Assembly (NCBI RefSeq): GCF_006345805.1
Contig: NW_021827658.1
Location: forward strand, 1-10,023
Direction: 5' to 3'
DNA length: 10,023 bases
From: Octopus sinensis
Lineage: Eukaryota
Shown: in pieces, positions 8,100 to 10,023 of the stretch
Layout of the letters: every line of letters starts with the position of its first letter
Position numbering within the stretch: the stretch's first letter is position 1
The notes under the pieces: generated by a model
What the model saw: the letters and a program-made list of their open reading frames with translations, nothing else
Databases searched by the model: none
Told to the model about the DNA's origin: nothing
Position numbers and translations under genes: made by a program

Positions 8100-8288
8100 T
8101 ACACTAATGGTCCGGAACCTCTTATAATCCGCACTAATTTATACTAATGTTGTACCTGTATTCCATTTAAATAAATTTAATATTGGTTTAATTCAGATTG
8201 TGTTGACTAAGGTGACCTTCCTTGGTCCAGAAAAATAAGTAAACCGGACATTTTGGGAGATCAAAGGTTCCGGAAAATTGATGTTGTA
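8100..8288. mobile_element. Possible old Tc1/pogo-like MITE
   Basis: TA-CA...TG-TA ends (8100-8103, 8285-8288); perfect inverted TCCGGAACCT (8111-8120)/AGGTTCCGGA (8265-8274) inside loosely matching termini; AT-rich non-coding interior. Confidence 0.4.
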
Positions 8289-8696
8289 CTATATATATAT
8301 ATATAAAACCATCGACCGGATCTCCCAGATTTCAACTGCATAGACCTCTGCATCATACTACTCTATACTGGATTACTATGTCGTTTGCTAGCCGAGTCTG
8401 CTAGAAGAGCTTTCCGTGGTGATAGCCACACGATTCCAAAATCCATATGTTACACTACAATATATATATATATATATATATACTGTTTCACATTGTTGTC
8501 GTGGTTTAGTCCTAAGTTAGACTCGGTTGAATAGCTCTTACTCTGGGCAATGTCAAATAATTTGCATGGGGTATTCAAACAACTCAAATAAGTTATACAA
8601 GTGGTAAACATTCGAAGTCACTGTCAATAAAATTTTATATGTGTATGTATATATATATATCTATATATATATATGTGTGTGTGTATGTATGTATGT

Positions 8697-8830
8697 GTAG
8701 GTAGGTAGGTAGGTAGGTAGGTAGGTAGGTAGGTAGGTAGGTAGGTATGTAGGTAGATAGGTAGGTATGTAGGTATGTATGTAGGTAGGTAGGTAGGTAG
8801 GTAGGTAGGTAGGTAGGTAGGTAGGTAGGT
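8697..8830. repeat. (GTAG)n microsatellite with GTAT variants
   Basis: Direct reading. Confidence 0.96.
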
Positions 8831-9245
8831 GGAGTAAATTGGTAAATAGGGAGGTAGGTGTACGAATAGGGAGATAACTTGATATATATATGTAAATAGT
8901 CAGGTAGATAAATCGGTAGACAAAAATGGTTAGAAGATTAGAAATATCGCATAGGATATTTGCTAGTACCGAGTGCTGAACGTGAAGTAGTGGGGTGCAT
9001 TAAGGGACAAATCGATTGTCTCATAATTGATAATGTTGTTGTCCTTTAAATCCCAAAAATATTTGGAGAGTGAGGCGGTGAAATGTGTTTTAGTCTGAAG
9101 GTGTATACATTTTGGGGGAATCGTTTCTTAATGAAAGTTTCATTTAGCTCTCTGAAGCTGTTTTTATTTCACTGTTGTTTGCAAGAGGGACCGCAGCTCA
9201 ATAAACTAATACTTTAGAAAGACACGTGACATTGAAAGAGTAGAT

Positions 9246-9491
9246 CAGTGGTTCTAAACCAAGGTTCATATAACCTTTGGGGGTCCACTTAAGATGTTGT
9301 TAAAATTTGTATGCAACAAATTGGTTTACACTCTTTCAATACACGGAATATTTGAAGAATTTTTACACAATCCCTAAAAATATTTAATTATAAGAATATA
9401 AGATTTTTAAAAATCGAATTTTTATGAAGGTCCACCAGAATAAAATGGGAACTAAGGTGGTCTACTGGTAAAATTTGGTTGAAAACCACTG
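9246..9491. mobile_element. hAT (Charlie-like) MITE, 246 bp
   Basis: TIRs CAGTGGTTCTAAACCAA (9246-9262) and TTGGTTGAAAACCACTG (9475-9491), 15/17 match; 8 bp TSD GAGTAGAT (9238-9245)/GGGTAGAT (9492-9499), 7/8, with the TAGA core preferred by Charlie elements. Confidence 0.87.
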
Positions 9492-10023
9492 GGGTAGATA
9501 TTATGGTTGTAAAAATTAAATAGAAGAGGTGAGTTTTGTGTGTTTGTTGTAGAAAATCGGGGTTTTTTTTCAAACTGTGGAAGTATCAAAAATTTTAATG
9601 GAAGTGCTGTTCGTTTGAACGCTGTTTATATTAAAGAGTTTGTGATAAGAAGGGTCTGCAAAGACGAGCTTGTTTATAAGGTTTAGGAAACATTAGAACA
9701 AATATTGAAGCTACATGGAGGATCATATCATATGACATCGTGTCGTATTCTTGCGTTTGAGTATGGATTAAGTTCTCAGTAAAATATATTGTTCCTTAAT
9801 TCGTCATTGTAATAATGAGCAGCATGATTAAAGTTATTTCAACAAAGGAGAAGATGGATTTGCGTTTACTAATGAGATTAATTCAGTTTCTAAGGGTTAT
9901 TGAAAGATTATTGGAATTCACATCATATATATACTGCAATTTCTAATCAGGCTTGCTAGAAGTCTTCTGTATTTTTTTTTTAGCTCTACTTAAATCTAGA
10001 GTTCTTCAACAAATTAAGTACAT

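Noticed and set aside
8329-8420. Open frame DFNCIDLCIILLYTGLLCRLLAESARRAFR, faintly like a channel transmembrane segment
   Set aside because: Poor polypyrimidine tract, weak donor and only superficial similarity; BLASTP or RNA-seq could revive it.
1-10023. Prokaryotic or phage system, CRISPR array, rRNA
   Set aside because: No operon-like gene density, no repeat-spacer periodicity, no rRNA motifs; content is animal repeat DNA.

Overview
AT-rich eukaryotic, repeat-dense non-coding DNA; SINE families and microsatellite load point to an octopod cephalopod, probably Octopus (recognised from memory, not searched). No intact gene, no prokaryotic features, no CRISPR. 1-2476: head-to-tail stack on the minus strand of two decayed R4/Dong-clade (RLE-type) non-LTR retrotransposon fragments and a ~545 bp non-coding element, each separated by (TAA)n tracts. 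2476-2650: tRNA-derived SINE. 3403-4847: near full-length decayed mariner with TIRs and TA TSD, interrupted by a 5'-truncated SINE with a 12 bp TSD. 6582-6714: candidate host exon (+). 6979-7962: SINE cluster, one member with a Bov-A/RTE-like motif after the tRNA head. 8100-8288 and 9246-9491: two MITEs. Many long microsatellites; most listed ORFs are microsatellite artefacts. I found no convincing new multi-gene system; the most interesting signals are the TAA-associated retroelement stack and the Bov-tA-like SINE architecture.
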